IMG/VR virus record: IMGVR_UViG_3300044677_000024
Coordinates: 1-43,650 of that record
Source of the DNA: a virus
Taxonomy: Duplodnaviria > Caudoviricetes
Reading direction: 5' to 3' (one strand)
DNA length: 43,650 nucleotides
Translations under genes and position numbers: made by a program
Shown here: positions 8,982 through 18,697 of the stretch, one piece after another
Position numbering within the stretch: the stretch's first letter is position 1
How the letters are laid out: the number at the start of each line of letters is the position of its first letter
The notes under the pieces: model-generated
Told to the model about the DNA's origin: nothing
Databases searched by the model: none
What the model saw: the letters and a program-made list of their open reading frames with translations, nothing else

Positions 8982-9610
8982 GCAGCGAGGCCCGACAGAT
9001 CACGGTGCTCGCCGGCGGCTGGTCCGCGTCCAAGGTCGACCTGCGCAAGCTCCCCGGGACCGTCATTGCAGTCAACGATGCAGCGTACTACGCGCCCCGC
9101 TGGGATATCTGCGTGTCTATGGATCGGATTTGGGCGGAAAACCGCATCGAGGTATTGAGTCGGCAGATGAAGCCGATTTGGCTGCGCCACTCGACCATCC
9201 GGAATTTCCCCGATTTACGCCCGATCGTGCCCTTCGAATGCGATCACACTTCGACCAGGCTCGCCGAAGCGCCGGCAGCCGGTGAGCCACGGCGCCTCGA
9301 TGGCACGCATTCCGGGTTTTGCGCGCTGAACTTGGCCTACCAGATGCGGCCGCGGCAGCTGTTTCTGGTCGGGTTCGATATGGCGCTCGGACCCCGCGGC
9401 GAGCGTCACTGGTACCCTGACTATGCCTGGAAGAACGGCGGCGGATCGGGCGCGGGAAAGCTCGCCGAGTGGGCCAGCCAGTTCGAGATGGCGGCCGAGC
9501 AGTTCCTTAAGGCGCAGATCGCCGTCTACATGACCGCGAGCAGGACGCCGCGGTGGTTTCGCCCGATCGACCGAGCGACGCTCGAGCGAGAGGCCGAATG
9601 CGCCGCGTGA
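8978..9610 (+). CDS. Second DUF115/MptE-like glycosyltransferase-like protein (paralog of 6220-6897)
   Basis: VLAGGWS..VIAVN..DICVSMD..HSGFCALNLAY..LFLVGFDM..HWY; GTGA overlap. Confidence 0.7.
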   Translation: MSSEARQITVLAGGWSASKVDLRKLPGTVIAVNDAAYYAPRWDICVSMDRIWAENRIEVLSRQMKPIWLRHSTIRNFPDLRPIVPFECDHTSTRLAEAPAAGEPRRLDGTHSGFCALNLAYQMRPRQLFLVGFDMALGPRGERHWYPDYAWKNGGGSGAGKLAEWASQFEMAAEQFLKAQIAVYMTASRTPRWFRPIDRATLEREAECAA

Positions 9611-10317
9611 CTCTCTGCATGGCCTACTATCGCAACGCCGGCATGCTGGCCGAGCAGTTTCGCCGCATCCGCGCATTGCCCGCGCTGTTGCGCGATCAGA
9701 TCTGCGTCATCGTCGTAGACGATGGCTCACCCGATGGCGAAGCGCGCGGCGAGCCCATTGGCTGCCCGTTGTCCCTGTACCGCATCGACGTGGATGTGCG
9801 CTGGAATCAGGACGCAGCGCGCAATATCGCCGCGCACAATGCCGCGACGCAATGGCTGCTGCTGACCGACATGGATCACATCGTGTCAGAGCCTGCCTGG
9901 AATCGGGTTCTGCTCGACAAGCTGCACAAAGCCAACGTTTACCGCTTCTCCCGCACGACGCTCGAGGCTGACGGCAAAGAGACGCCGTACAAGCCGCACC
10001 CGAATAGCTGGCTCATGACTCGCACGATGTACGACTTGGTCGGAGGGTACGACGAGGCGCTGGCCGGTCATTACGGAACGGACGCCGACTTTCGCGACCG
10101 CGTCGCGCAAGCAGCAGCGATCGAGATGCTGGAGGAGCATCTGATTCGGGTTCCACGGGAAACAATCCCGGATGCCTCGACCACGACCTACGTGCGCAAG
10201 GGGGCGCCGGAGGATGTCGGCGCTATTCCACGAATCAAAGCGGCACGCGCGCTAGTTTCGAACTGGAAACCACTACGGCTGTCCTTTGCTCACAAAAAGA
10301 TCTATGAACATGCCTGA
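9598..10317 (+). CDS. GT-A fold glycosyltransferase (GT2/GT7-like)
   Basis: VVDDGS, WNQDAARN, LLTDMDH (DxD), GGYDE..GHYGTDADF. Confidence 0.85.
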   Translation: MRRVTLCMAYYRNAGMLAEQFRRIRALPALLRDQICVIVVDDGSPDGEARGEPIGCPLSLYRIDVDVRWNQDAARNIAAHNAATQWLLLTDMDHIVSEPAWNRVLLDKLHKANVYRFSRTTLEADGKETPYKPHPNSWLMTRTMYDLVGGYDEALAGHYGTDADFRDRVAQAAAIEMLEEHLIRVPRETIPDASTTTYVRKGAPEDVGAIPRIKAARALVSNWKPLRLSFAHKKIYEHA

Positions 10318-11029
10318 GCCGATCACCTTTATCTGCTGGAAATGGCTCACGCCGGGATATCGCAGCAAATTCCCGGCTTCGACCGTGAACGTGCTGTATT
10401 CGATGCTCAAGCGCTGTTACCAGGGCGATTTTGAATTGGTCTGCGTGACGGATAACGCTCAGGACATCCGCAGCGAGGTTCGCATCGTGCCGCTGTGGAA
10501 GGACTACTCCATGATCCCGAGCCCCCATGGCCACGGCTATCCGAGTTGCTACCGGCGCCTGAAGATGTTCTCCGAGGAAGCGGTGAAACTGTTCGGGCCA
10601 CGGTTCGTGTCGATCGATCTCGATGTGGTGCTGACCGGCGATGTGACGACGCTGTTCGACAATGACCTGGATTTCAAAATGTACGGCGACACGGCCAAAG
10701 GCACGCCCTATAACGGCTCACTGATCCAGCACAAGGCGGGCACGCGCACGCAATTGTGGAAGCAATTCGATCCGCGCTTCTCGCCGCAGCACGGGCTCGC
10801 GCGCCGCTACATCGGCTCCGACCAAGCTTGGATCGGCGTATGTCTCGGACCCGATGAGCCAAAATTCACGGCGAAGGATGGCGTTTACAGTTATCGTAAC
10901 GAGATCAAGCCGAAAGGCGGTCGGTTGCCGCAGGATGCGAAAATCGTTATCTGGCACGGCCATCACAACCCGTGGGATGCCGATTCGCAGCAACGCCATG
11001 GCTGGCTCAAGGAGCATTACCGACCATGA
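10310..11029 (+). CDS. GT-A fold glycosyltransferase (GT8-like)
   Basis: FICWKW, LVCVTD, SIDLDVV (DxD), YNGS, SDQAWI, IVIWHG..NPW. Confidence 0.8.
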   Translation: MPEPITFICWKWLTPGYRSKFPASTVNVLYSMLKRCYQGDFELVCVTDNAQDIRSEVRIVPLWKDYSMIPSPHGHGYPSCYRRLKMFSEEAVKLFGPRFVSIDLDVVLTGDVTTLFDNDLDFKMYGDTAKGTPYNGSLIQHKAGTRTQLWKQFDPRFSPQHGLARRYIGSDQAWIGVCLGPDEPKFTAKDGVYSYRNEIKPKGGRLPQDAKIVIWHGHHNPWDADSQQRHGWLKEHYRP

Positions 11030-11517
11030 GCGAATACCTCACGCTTGCGCAGGCCAAGCTTCATCTACGCGTGGATGAAGGCCTGACCATCGACGATAAC
11101 CTGATCCGCGACTTGATCGGCGCCTCGATCGACTGGGCGGAGAACTATACGAATCGCTCGCTCGCCGAACTGCTGGAATTAAATTCGCCGGCGGATGCCG
11201 CGGCGGTGCCGACGCCAGATCCCAAGGGATCGTGGCCGCAAGGCTGCCCCTCGGAGTCGCACGTGTGGGATTTTCACGCGAGCGAGTGGTGCGACACGTC
11301 GCTGTGGCAGCGCGGAAACTGGACGAGCTACTGGGCGCGCAATCCACAGAATACGTTTCAGCAATCGGACGACGCGCTGCCGTTGCGCCGGGACGCGAAG
11401 AATGCGCTGCTCCTCTGGATTGAAAGTCGCTATGACCGTAACCCGGACACGGTCGAGATGCTGCAGAGCGCCGCAGAGAACCAGCTCTGGCCGTACCGCA
11501 AGGCACTGGGCGTATGA
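11026..11517 (+). CDS. Head-tail connector (HK97 gp6-like) with Trp-rich insertion
   Basis: LTLAQAKLHLRVD..AENYTNR N-terminus; ALLLWIESRYDR..LWPYR C-terminus. Confidence 0.85.
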   Translation: MSEYLTLAQAKLHLRVDEGLTIDDNLIRDLIGASIDWAENYTNRSLAELLELNSPADAAAVPTPDPKGSWPQGCPSESHVWDFHASEWCDTSLWQRGNWTSYWARNPQNTFQQSDDALPLRRDAKNALLLWIESRYDRNPDTVEMLQSAAENQLWPYRKALGV

Positions 11518-11741
11518 AGAGTCCATGCGGCCTATGCGGCAAGGTTCGAAGCCACATGCCGGCCGCGATCCGCAAGCGCCTCGAGGACGTGGAGCGGCGC
11601 ATCCGGGCGCAGAAAGTCCCGTCGATTTCTATCCAATACACCACGAAGCGGCCGGCCGCCCGCGCTGATTCGCCACAACCCTTGCCGGGAATTCCCCCGG
11701 GTGGCGACAGCGCGGGAGGGGAGCAGAAGAATGGCGCTTAA
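11514..11741 (+). CDS. Hypothetical protein with N-terminal CxxC
   Basis: ATGA-coupled ORF between connector and closure genes. Confidence 0.5.
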   Translation: MKSPCGLCGKVRSHMPAAIRKRLEDVERRIRAQKVPSISIQYTTKRPAARADSPQPLPGIPPGGDSAGGEQKNGA

Positions 11742-12159
11742 AATCGCATCCCTCGCCTCAGGCCAGTTACGCCATGTCGGCACCCTCGAGCAGCTGAAAC
11801 GCGCTGATGATGGGTCGCCTCTCGTGGATGCGGCCGGGTCACCGCTTGTTCAATACGAGACATTCGCCGAAGGCGTGAGATTCGCGATCGATGACTGGAA
11901 GCCGACGGAGCAGTTCCTCGCTCAGGCCGTGACGGGGCAGCTGTCGACGCGCATCGTCATCAGATATCGCCCTGGCATGGAAGGCGCTGCGCCCAACACG
12001 ATGCGCCTGGTTCATCTGACGAACCCTGGCGCCTCACCCGGCACGTTCGACTATTACGATATCGTCGGAGCCGTGCGAGATCCCACCATGCGTACGCAGC
12101 TGACCCTGACCTGCACGCGACGCGACGCGCCGGGATATAGAACGGGCCAAACGCCGTAA
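11731..12159 (+). CDS. Head closure / head-tail adaptor (SPP1 gp16-like)
   Basis: GQLRH, TRIVIRYRPG, YDIVG..L.LTC motifs; position. Confidence 0.8.
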   Translation: MALKIASLASGQLRHVGTLEQLKRADDGSPLVDAAGSPLVQYETFAEGVRFAIDDWKPTEQFLAQAVTGQLSTRIVIRYRPGMEGAAPNTMRLVHLTNPGASPGTFDYYDIVGAVRDPTMRTQLTLTCTRRDAPGYRTGQTP

Positions 12160-12170
12160 AGGATCAATCC

Positions 12171-12641
12171 ATGGCATTCGAAAAACGATCGACATTGGAA
12201 GGCGTCGCAGTGCTCACGAAGCAGCTGAAAGCTTTGGAGCAGCTCGAGCAGGGCCAGGTCTTAAAGCGCGGCGTCAAAGCCGGCATCAATGTGGCCTTAA
12301 AGTACGCGCGGCAGAATATCCCCGTGGGCGGCGGCGTGACTCCGAGCGGCCGACCGACCGTTACACATTTGACCTACCAGGGACGCCGCGTATCGGCCGG
12401 CTTTGCCCGATCGCAGCTGCGCACCGGCGCTTCGATCAATAAAACCAAGGACATTGCCGACGGCATCCTGACCACTACGAAAGAGGGCTTTTATATTTTG
12501 AACTTTGTGGAGCTGGGGACCCGCTATCAGCGCGCGCAGCCCTGGATCCGCAAGTCCTTATTGCAGGCACGCGATGAAGCGGAGCTCGCGCTCGCGAATT
12601 CGATCCTCTTGGGGATCGACAATGCGGTGAAATCCGCATGA
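12171..12641 (+). CDS. HK97 gp10-like neck / tail-completion protein
   Basis: LEGVA.L..QL N-terminus, FVELGTRYQRAQPWIR motif. Confidence 0.8.
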   Translation: MAFEKRSTLEGVAVLTKQLKALEQLEQGQVLKRGVKAGINVALKYARQNIPVGGGVTPSGRPTVTHLTYQGRRVSAGFARSQLRTGASINKTKDIADGILTTTKEGFYILNFVELGTRYQRAQPWIRKSLLQARDEAELALANSILLGIDNAVKSA

Positions 12642-13060
12642 GCGAGGATGACGGCGCAGGCACGATCGAGGCGGGGATTCGCGATTACCTCCTGACCTGC
12701 GATCCTGTGTGCGCGATCACCAAACGCTTTTACGCATGGACGCGACCGCAGAATGCCGGCTCGCTGCCCGATGTGTTGATCCAGCGCACGCAGACCGGCT
12801 TCCAGCAGACGATCTGTGGGACCGACAGCCTGGTATCCGGTCAGATGCAGATCGACAGCTACGCCATGAACGGTATCGCTGCGGTCAGGCTGGCGCAGGC
12901 GCTCAAAAAGGCACTCGATGGATTTTCGGCGGGCATGATGGGAGAGACCTATGTGGATAAGGTAATGATCGAGAACGAATTCGCCGCGGGAGATCCCGAT
13001 CCCGGCATTGCGAGAATGGTGCAGCTCTATACATTTTGGTTTAAGGAGGATTCGACATGA
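12638..13060 (+). CDS. Tail terminator (DUF3168-like)
   Basis: QIDSYA..A..LAQALKKALDG motif; directly before tail tube. Confidence 0.75.
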   Translation: MSEDDGAGTIEAGIRDYLLTCDPVCAITKRFYAWTRPQNAGSLPDVLIQRTQTGFQQTICGTDSLVSGQMQIDSYAMNGIAAVRLAQALKKALDGFSAGMMGETYVDKVMIENEFAAGDPDPGIARMVQLYTFWFKEDST

Positions 13061-13503
13061 CGGCAACGGTTCAGAAAACAAACGCATTTGTCGGCCAGGA
13101 CTATCTGGCGGTTGGCAATGGGTCATCGCCCGAAAGCTACACGCGCTTTTGCGAAATCACCGACATCGGCGGCATTGGCGAGAAAAACGACCAGGTCGAC
13201 GCGACGACGTTCTGCAGCGGCGGATTCAAGCAATTCATCGCCGGCCTCTCCGAGGGCAACGATGTGAGCTTTACCGCGAACTACACGCTGATCGATCGCA
13301 CGATCCAGGAAGGCCTCATCGACGATGTGCAGAATAAAGCGCGACGATCCTTTCAGCTGCAGGTGGGCGACGACTCTCCGTCGGAGAACTTCACGTTCGA
13401 TTTGGCGATGCTGTCGTGGGAATACGATCCGAGCCTCGCCTCGAAGAACGAAATTAAGTTCGCCGGCAAGATCACGGGCCCGATCATCAGGACGGCGGGC
13501 TGA
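13057..13503 (+). CDS. Major tail tube protein
   Basis: GNGSSPE, VDATTF..FIAGL.EG, KITGP motifs; AAGGAGG RBS. Confidence 0.85.
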   Translation: MTATVQKTNAFVGQDYLAVGNGSSPESYTRFCEITDIGGIGEKNDQVDATTFCSGGFKQFIAGLSEGNDVSFTANYTLIDRTIQEGLIDDVQNKARRSFQLQVGDDSPSENFTFDLAMLSWEYDPSLASKNEIKFAGKITGPIIRTAG

Positions 13504-13817
13504 TGGCGTCGCTGGTCAGCAGGCCAATTACCGTCCGGGGCGACACCTACATGGTGAGCGAATTGGACGGCAAGACCATGGCGGCGGTCCGGAAAATGCT
13601 GAAAAGCGGCAGCGAAGAGACGGACCTGTTCATCACATTGAACGCGCTGGTGGATCCGAAGCCGAAGAACATGGCCGCGGTCGAGGCGATGCCCAACATT
13701 GTGGTCAATGCGATTGCAAAGAAAGCATTGGCGCTGACGCAGGCGGATGACCCGGACGAACCGGAGACCGTGAAGAAGGAGGGCGAAACCAGCGGCAGCG
13801 ATGCAAAAAAAGACTGA
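13503..13817 (+). CDS. Tail assembly chaperone (lambda G-like)
   Basis: Between tube and TMP; ends ...GCA AAA AAA GAC TGA. Confidence 0.8.
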   Translation: MASLVSRPITVRGDTYMVSELDGKTMAAVRKMLKSGSEETDLFITLNALVDPKPKNMAAVEAMPNIVVNAIAKKALALTQADDPDEPETVKKEGETSGSDAKKD

Positions 13818-14134
13818 CGCCCGAGGAGTTATTCTTGCACCGGCTCGCAATGCTCCTCGGGCGATCGATCGACGAAGTGCTGGAACTGCCGGAGCGCGAG
13901 CTGCGCAGTTGGAAGACGTATTGGCGATTGGAGCCGTGGGGCCCGTATCGCGACAATATGCACGCGGCCATGACGGTTCAGCAGCTGTTGCGTCCGCACT
14001 TAAAAGCAGGCACGAAGCTGCCTTCGATGATGGAGTTCATGTTTATAGAGCAGTCCGAGCGCGATGACACGATCCGGGCTGCGAACCGGGAACGATATCT
14101 AGGCGCCTTTCGAGCGCGGGCGAGGAGCGAATAA
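13811..14134 (+). CDS. Tail assembly chaperone GT extension, reached by -1 frameshift at A AAA AAA (13805-13811)
   Basis: -1 frame reads RLTPEELFLHRLAMLLGRS..W..YWRLEPWG, typical of gpT-like segments. Confidence 0.8.
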   Translation, partial: RLTPEELFLHRLAMLLGRSIDEVLELPERELRSWKTYWRLEPWGPYRDNMHAAMTVQQLLRPHLKAGTKLPSMMEFMFIEQSERDDTIRAANRERYLGAFRARARSE

Positions 14135-16693
14135 ATGGCCGGCGGTAATCTTGCAACGCTCAATGTCAAGCTCACTGCGGACAGCTCGAGCTATAGCGCA
14201 ACGTTCCGGGCCGCCTCGGATGCGCTGAACGAATTCTCAAAAAAGCAGCACGAATATTTGGCGGATATCGCCAAGGATCTGGCTGCTGCGTTCACCATTG
14301 ACAAGCTGGTGGAGTTCGGAGCACAGGCGATCGAGTCCGCTGCCTCACTCAACCTGCTGTCGCAGTCCTCCGGCGTCGCCGTAGAAGAATTGTCCTCTCT
14401 GAAGCTCGCCGCGGCCGCGTCCGGGCTTGGAACCGATGCGCTCGCCGAGGGCCTGAAACATCTGAATACCTCGCTCGCGCAAGCCGCCGGGGATTCGACC
14501 AGCAAGGCCGGCGAGGCATTCCGGGCCTTGGGTGTTGGGGTCACCAATACGAACGGCAGCTTGAAGAACGCCGCGCAGATTCTTCCCGAGATCGCGGACA
14601 AATTTAAGGCCATGGCTGACGGCCCGATCAAGACCGCCATTGCGGTCGATCTCTTAGGTAAAGCCGGGGAGAACATGATCCCGGTATTGAATTTAGGCGC
14701 CGCCGGTCTCGCGAAATTCAAGCAGGAGGCCCAGGACGCCGGGCTCGTGATATCGGGCGAGCTCGCCGCGGCGGCGGACGACTTCAGTACGCGGATGACG
14801 ATCTTGAAAGCGACGATCGTCGATGGTCTGGCGGTGCAGCTCGCGGCGAAGCTGTTACCGGTCCTCAATGAACTCGCCGATCAATTTGAGAAGGGAGGCA
14901 GCGCGGGATCGAAGCTCGCCGCAGCGGCCGACCTCATCGTGACCGGCGTCAAATATGTGGCCGTTGGGGTGATTGAGACGGTCGGCGCATTCCAACGACT
15001 CGGCACGGCGATCGGTGCGATCGGCGCGGCCGCGGTGCAATTCGCGACGGGTAATTTCTCCGAGGCCGGCGAGATCATCAAGCAGTCGACAGCGGACATC
15101 GTGAAGAACCGCGCCGATACCGAAGCGCAGACTCTCGCGATCATGCAGGCCGGCAGCGCCGATGAGCTCGCCCTGATCTCGACGACGGAATCGGAAAAGA
15201 GGCGCATCAAAAATCCCGGCACTAATCCGGCTCTGTTGAAAGCGGGCGATGAGGGCCTAAAGCAGCTGACCGACTATGACGCCGGACTCCGCGCCCAGGC
15301 CGCCTCGTTCGGTTTGGGCGCCGCCGCCGCGGCCAATTACAAGTTGCAGTTTGGTCCCTTGGCAGACGCCCTCAAAAAAGTGGCGGCCGCCGGCGGCGAC
15401 GTCTCGAAGATCGTTGCGGACATCAAGCGCGACTCAGGAGCCCTCGCTTTTGCCGAGGCGAAGAAGAAGTCCGACGATCTATCGAAGTCACTTGTTGAGC
15501 AGATCGCGACATATAACGATGGCGATCTGGAAGCGTTCAAATTCTCGATCACGACCGGCGAGCTCGGCCAGGCGTTCAAAAACATGGGCGAGAAGGGCAA
15601 GGAAGCCCAGGCCTCGCTGATTGCGTTGAAGTCGGTCCAGATTAGCGAAAAGGACGCGACGATCATTCAGGGCATCAATATTGAATTGGAGCAGATGGCT
15701 GGCAACCTCTCGAAGGCGGCCGTCGATGGCTTCAACCTGCAGAATGCGCTGCTCATCAAAAATGTAGGGGCAACCGGAAGCGATTCGGATAAGGCGGCGC
15801 TCGCGGCGAAACTTCAGGCAACAGCGGCCCAGGCCTCCTACAACGAGCAAGTCCAAAAAGGCGCGGACGCGGAACTTGCCTATGCCAGCACCGAAGCGAC
15901 TGTAAATGCCCAGGTGGCCAATGGCCAGTTGACGACACTGCAGGGACAGGCTCTGTTGGAAGCCGCACGGCAAACCCAGATCGCCTCGCTCACGCAGGTC
16001 TATAACGCCGAGAAGGCGATCGCCGATCAGAACGCGGTCACGATGCCGCAATTGACCAAGAGCACGCAGGCACTTCAGAACCAACTCACGAGCTTGGGCT
16101 CGCAGACCAACCTCCTCGCGAAGCAGATCAACGACGATTTCAAATCCGCCTTCGCCGATAACCTGCTAAGTGCCGAGACCGGGGCGAAGTCGCTAACCCA
16201 GGCCATTCATGACATGGCGACCAGTATCGAAAAGGATCTGCTCACGATCGCGAACAAGAATATCGCGGAAAGTATCTTCGGCACGGGAAGCGGTGGCGGC
16301 GGAGCTGCCGGCGGATTAGCTTCACTTTTCGGTGGCGGCGGCCTATCAGGCTTATTCGGCGGCGGGGGCTCGTCGATCGCATCGACCGGGGCCGCCGCGG
16401 CGGGTACCGATACCGGCGCACTCGCGGACACCATCATGCCCACGTTCGCCGATGGCGGCACGCTTGGCGCCGGGAAGATGGGCATAGTCGGCGAGAGGGG
16501 TATTGAGGTTGCATATTCTGGGGCCAAAGACATGCACATCATTCCAAACCACGCGCTAGGTGGAAAGAATCTGAACGTCACCAATCACTTCACCGTGCAA
16601 TCGCAGAACGGCACGATCGCGCGGCAATCCCAGATGCAAATGGCCGCGGAGGCTGCGCGCCAGATCTCCATGGCCTCGAGGCGCAACAATTGA
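14135..16693 (+). CDS. Tape measure protein
   Basis: 852 aa, Ala-rich helical; LNVKLTAD start; FADGG..VGERG.E near C-terminus. Confidence 0.92.
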   Translation: MAGGNLATLNVKLTADSSSYSATFRAASDALNEFSKKQHEYLADIAKDLAAAFTIDKLVEFGAQAIESAASLNLLSQSSGVAVEELSSLKLAAAASGLGTDALAEGLKHLNTSLAQAAGDSTSKAGEAFRALGVGVTNTNGSLKNAAQILPEIADKFKAMADGPIKTAIAVDLLGKAGENMIPVLNLGAAGLAKFKQEAQDAGLVISGELAAAADDFSTRMTILKATIVDGLAVQLAAKLLPVLNELADQFEKGGSAGSKLAAAADLIVTGVKYVAVGVIETVGAFQRLGTAIGAIGAAAVQFATGNFSEAGEIIKQSTADIVKNRADTEAQTLAIMQAGSADELALISTTESEKRRIKNPGTNPALLKAGDEGLKQLTDYDAGLRAQAASFGLGAAAAANYKLQFGPLADALKKVAAAGGDVSKIVADIKRDSGALAFAEAKKKSDDLSKSLVEQIATYNDGDLEAFKFSITTGELGQAFKNMGEKGKEAQASLIALKSVQISEKDATIIQGINIELEQMAGNLSKAAVDGFNLQNALLIKNVGATGSDSDKAALAAKLQATAAQASYNEQVQKGADAELAYASTEATVNAQVANGQLTTLQGQALLEAARQTQIASLTQVYNAEKAIADQNAVTMPQLTKSTQALQNQLTSLGSQTNLLAKQINDDFKSAFADNLLSAETGAKSLTQAIHDMATSIEKDLLTIANKNIAESIFGTGSGGGGAAGGLASLFGGGGLSGLFGGGGSSIASTGAAAAGTDTGALADTIMPTFADGGTLGAGKMGIVGERGIEVAYSGAKDMHIIPNHALGGKNLNVTNHFTVQSQNGTIARQSQMQMAAEAARQISMASRRNN

Positions 16694-17340
16694 GCACTAT
16701 TGTCCAGGACACCTCGGAGATCTTCCCGAACTGCCCAACGTTCGGCTACGTGGCCGAGCCCGCCTATCTCGTCAAGATCACCAGCCGCGAGGGCGGCTAC
16801 GAGCGGCGCGATCGCAAGTGGGCCCGCCCGCTCCTCACCGTGAGCGCCTCTCCTACGGGCGATCAGTCGAGCGATGACATTGAGGACGTGCTCGCGTTCT
16901 GGCACGCCATGGGTGGCATGTCGAGCGGTTTTAGGTTCAAGGACTGGACGGATTACAAGTCCTGCAAGCTCTCGCAGACGCCCGCGGTGACCGATATGCC
17001 CCTCGCGAGCGATACGAACTCGCCCGCGAAGTATCGGCTCGTCAAGCAGTACAGCGCCGGCTCCGTGATCCAGGTGCGGGAGATCACCCGCCCGCGCGGG
17101 AGCTCCATCCAGATCGGCAATGAAGTGGGCGCCGCGCAGACCGACTGGACGCTCGACGAATCGACCGGCCTAGTCTCGATCGGCGGCAGCTTCTCCGGGA
17201 CGCCGACGAGCTGGGGCGGCGAATTCTATGTCTGGATGCGCTTCGATGCGCAATTGAATCCCACCATCTCGACCTGGGGCAAGCAGCCGATCATGAACGT
17301 GACGGTGCAGCTCAAAGAGATCCGGGTACCGCTCGCGTGA
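16690..17340 (+). CDS. Distal tail protein (DUF2460, RcGTA g12-like)
   Basis: GFRFKDWTDY, GGEFYVWMRFD, LKEIR. Confidence 0.85.
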   Translation: MSTIVQDTSEIFPNCPTFGYVAEPAYLVKITSREGGYERRDRKWARPLLTVSASPTGDQSSDDIEDVLAFWHAMGGMSSGFRFKDWTDYKSCKLSQTPAVTDMPLASDTNSPAKYRLVKQYSAGSVIQVREITRPRGSSIQIGNEVGAAQTDWTLDESTGLVSIGGSFSGTPTSWGGEFYVWMRFDAQLNPTISTWGKQPIMNVTVQLKEIRVPLA

Positions 17341-18284
17341 GAACGATTCCGCCGCTGCTGCTCGCGGAACTGAAGGCCGATCTCACCTCGCTCGCCTTCA
17401 TCTGGACCATCGAGATGGCGGACGGCCGGGTGATCCGCGGCACCGAGCACGACAGGGACATCGGGATGCCGGCGAGCGGCGAATCGCCCCCGGATCCCTT
17501 TGCGGGGACCTACTTTGCCGAAGCCAATGTGACGATGGGCGATGTCGCCTCGAATACGGATCTCTCGGTCGATAACCTGCAGGTCGACGGCGCGTTCCCA
17601 GACAAAACCCGCGATTCGCCGGTCGCCTATACCGTGCTCGACGTGACGGTGGATGACATTGAGAGTGGCCTACTGGATCTCGCGCCCGTGACGGTGCTGA
17701 TCTGCTCCTGGCGCAACCCTTCGCACGGCTATTGGATCGCGAAGACGGGTACCTTGGGCGCAATCAATCGCGACTCTGACGGCAAGTACACCACCGAAGT
17801 GCGCGGCATCACCCAAGCGCTTGCGCAGACGATCATTCGCACGTTCTCGGTCTCCTGTGATGTGGTCAGATTTGGCGACGCGCGCTGCAAGTTCGATGTG
17901 GCTGCGCACATCGTCACGGGCGCGGTCACGGCGGTCACGAACCGTCTGCAGTTCACCGTCGATCTCGCGCTCGGCTCGCCGGCCGACGGCTTCAGCTATG
18001 TGGGCGGCACGCTGACCTTCACCAGCGGCGCGAATCAGCACTTCTCGCGCGAGGTCAAGATCGACCCGAACGCGAACGCCGGTGTCGCGGTGTTTTGGGA
18101 GCAGTTCCCCGATGACATCGAGGGCGGCGACACCTTCACGCTCTCGCCTGGCTGCGATCGGCAGTACACCACCTGCAGGGACGTCTATCACAATCTCGTC
18201 AACTTTCGCGGCTTCGGTGTGTTCATTCCCGGGGTCAACGCGCTCACCGCGGGCCCCACCACCACCACGGAGTTGGGTTCGTGA
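17337..18284 (+). CDS. Baseplate hub (DUF2163/BR0599, RcGTA g13-like)
   Basis: GTEHDRD, C...FGDARC, PGCDR..TC...NFRGF..IPG. Confidence 0.88.
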   Translation: MRTIPPLLLAELKADLTSLAFIWTIEMADGRVIRGTEHDRDIGMPASGESPPDPFAGTYFAEANVTMGDVASNTDLSVDNLQVDGAFPDKTRDSPVAYTVLDVTVDDIESGLLDLAPVTVLICSWRNPSHGYWIAKTGTLGAINRDSDGKYTTEVRGITQALAQTIIRTFSVSCDVVRFGDARCKFDVAAHIVTGAVTAVTNRLQFTVDLALGSPADGFSYVGGTLTFTSGANQHFSREVKIDPNANAGVAVFWEQFPDDIEGGDTFTLSPGCDRQYTTCRDVYHNLVNFRGFGVFIPGVNALTAGPTTTTELGS

Positions 18285-18697
18285 TCCCGGCCGCGGCGGT
18301 CATCGCCCAGGCGCGTGAGTGGGTCGGCGTGCCGTTTCTGCATCAAGGCCGCACACGCATTGGTGCCGACTGTTTGGGATTCATCGCTGCCATGCTCGCC
18401 GAGCTCGGCAGCCGCGTCGCCCTCGCGCACCTGCCCTTGAACTACTCGCGCGACCCGCAGGCGCAGCTCCTCGATAGCCTCACGGACCTGTGCCGCACCA
18501 TCGAGCTCGAGCCGGCGGCGCTCGTGATATTCCAGTTTGCCGATGCGAAATTTCCGAGCCACGCCGCCCTCTATACCGGCGAGTCGATCATCCATGCGTT
18601 CGCACGCGTCGGACGCGTCGTCGAGACAAGCTACGGGCAACCGTGGCCCAAGCTTGCGCATAGCATCTGGGCGCTGCCGCTGGTGGTGTACCGGTGA
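18281..18697 (+). CDS. NlpC/P60 tail peptidase (RcGTA g14-like)
   Basis: AREWVGVPFLHQGR..GADCLG, HAALY..IIHA. Confidence 0.9.
   Translation: MIPAAAVIAQAREWVGVPFLHQGRTRIGADCLGFIAAMLAELGSRVALAHLPLNYSRDPQAQLLDSLTDLCRTIELEPAALVIFQFADAKFPSHAALYTGESIIHAFARVGRVVETSYGQPWPKLAHSIWALPLVVYR

Noticed and set aside
6029-11029. DNA hypermodification cluster
   Set aside because: No hydroxymethylase, TET/JBP, DNA polymerase or nucleotide kinase is visible, and the genes are coupled into the head operon; disfavoured, not excluded
6029-11029. O-antigen seroconversion (gtrABC-like) cassette
   Set aside because: No flippase or multi-TM transferase, not next to attP, and located in the late operon
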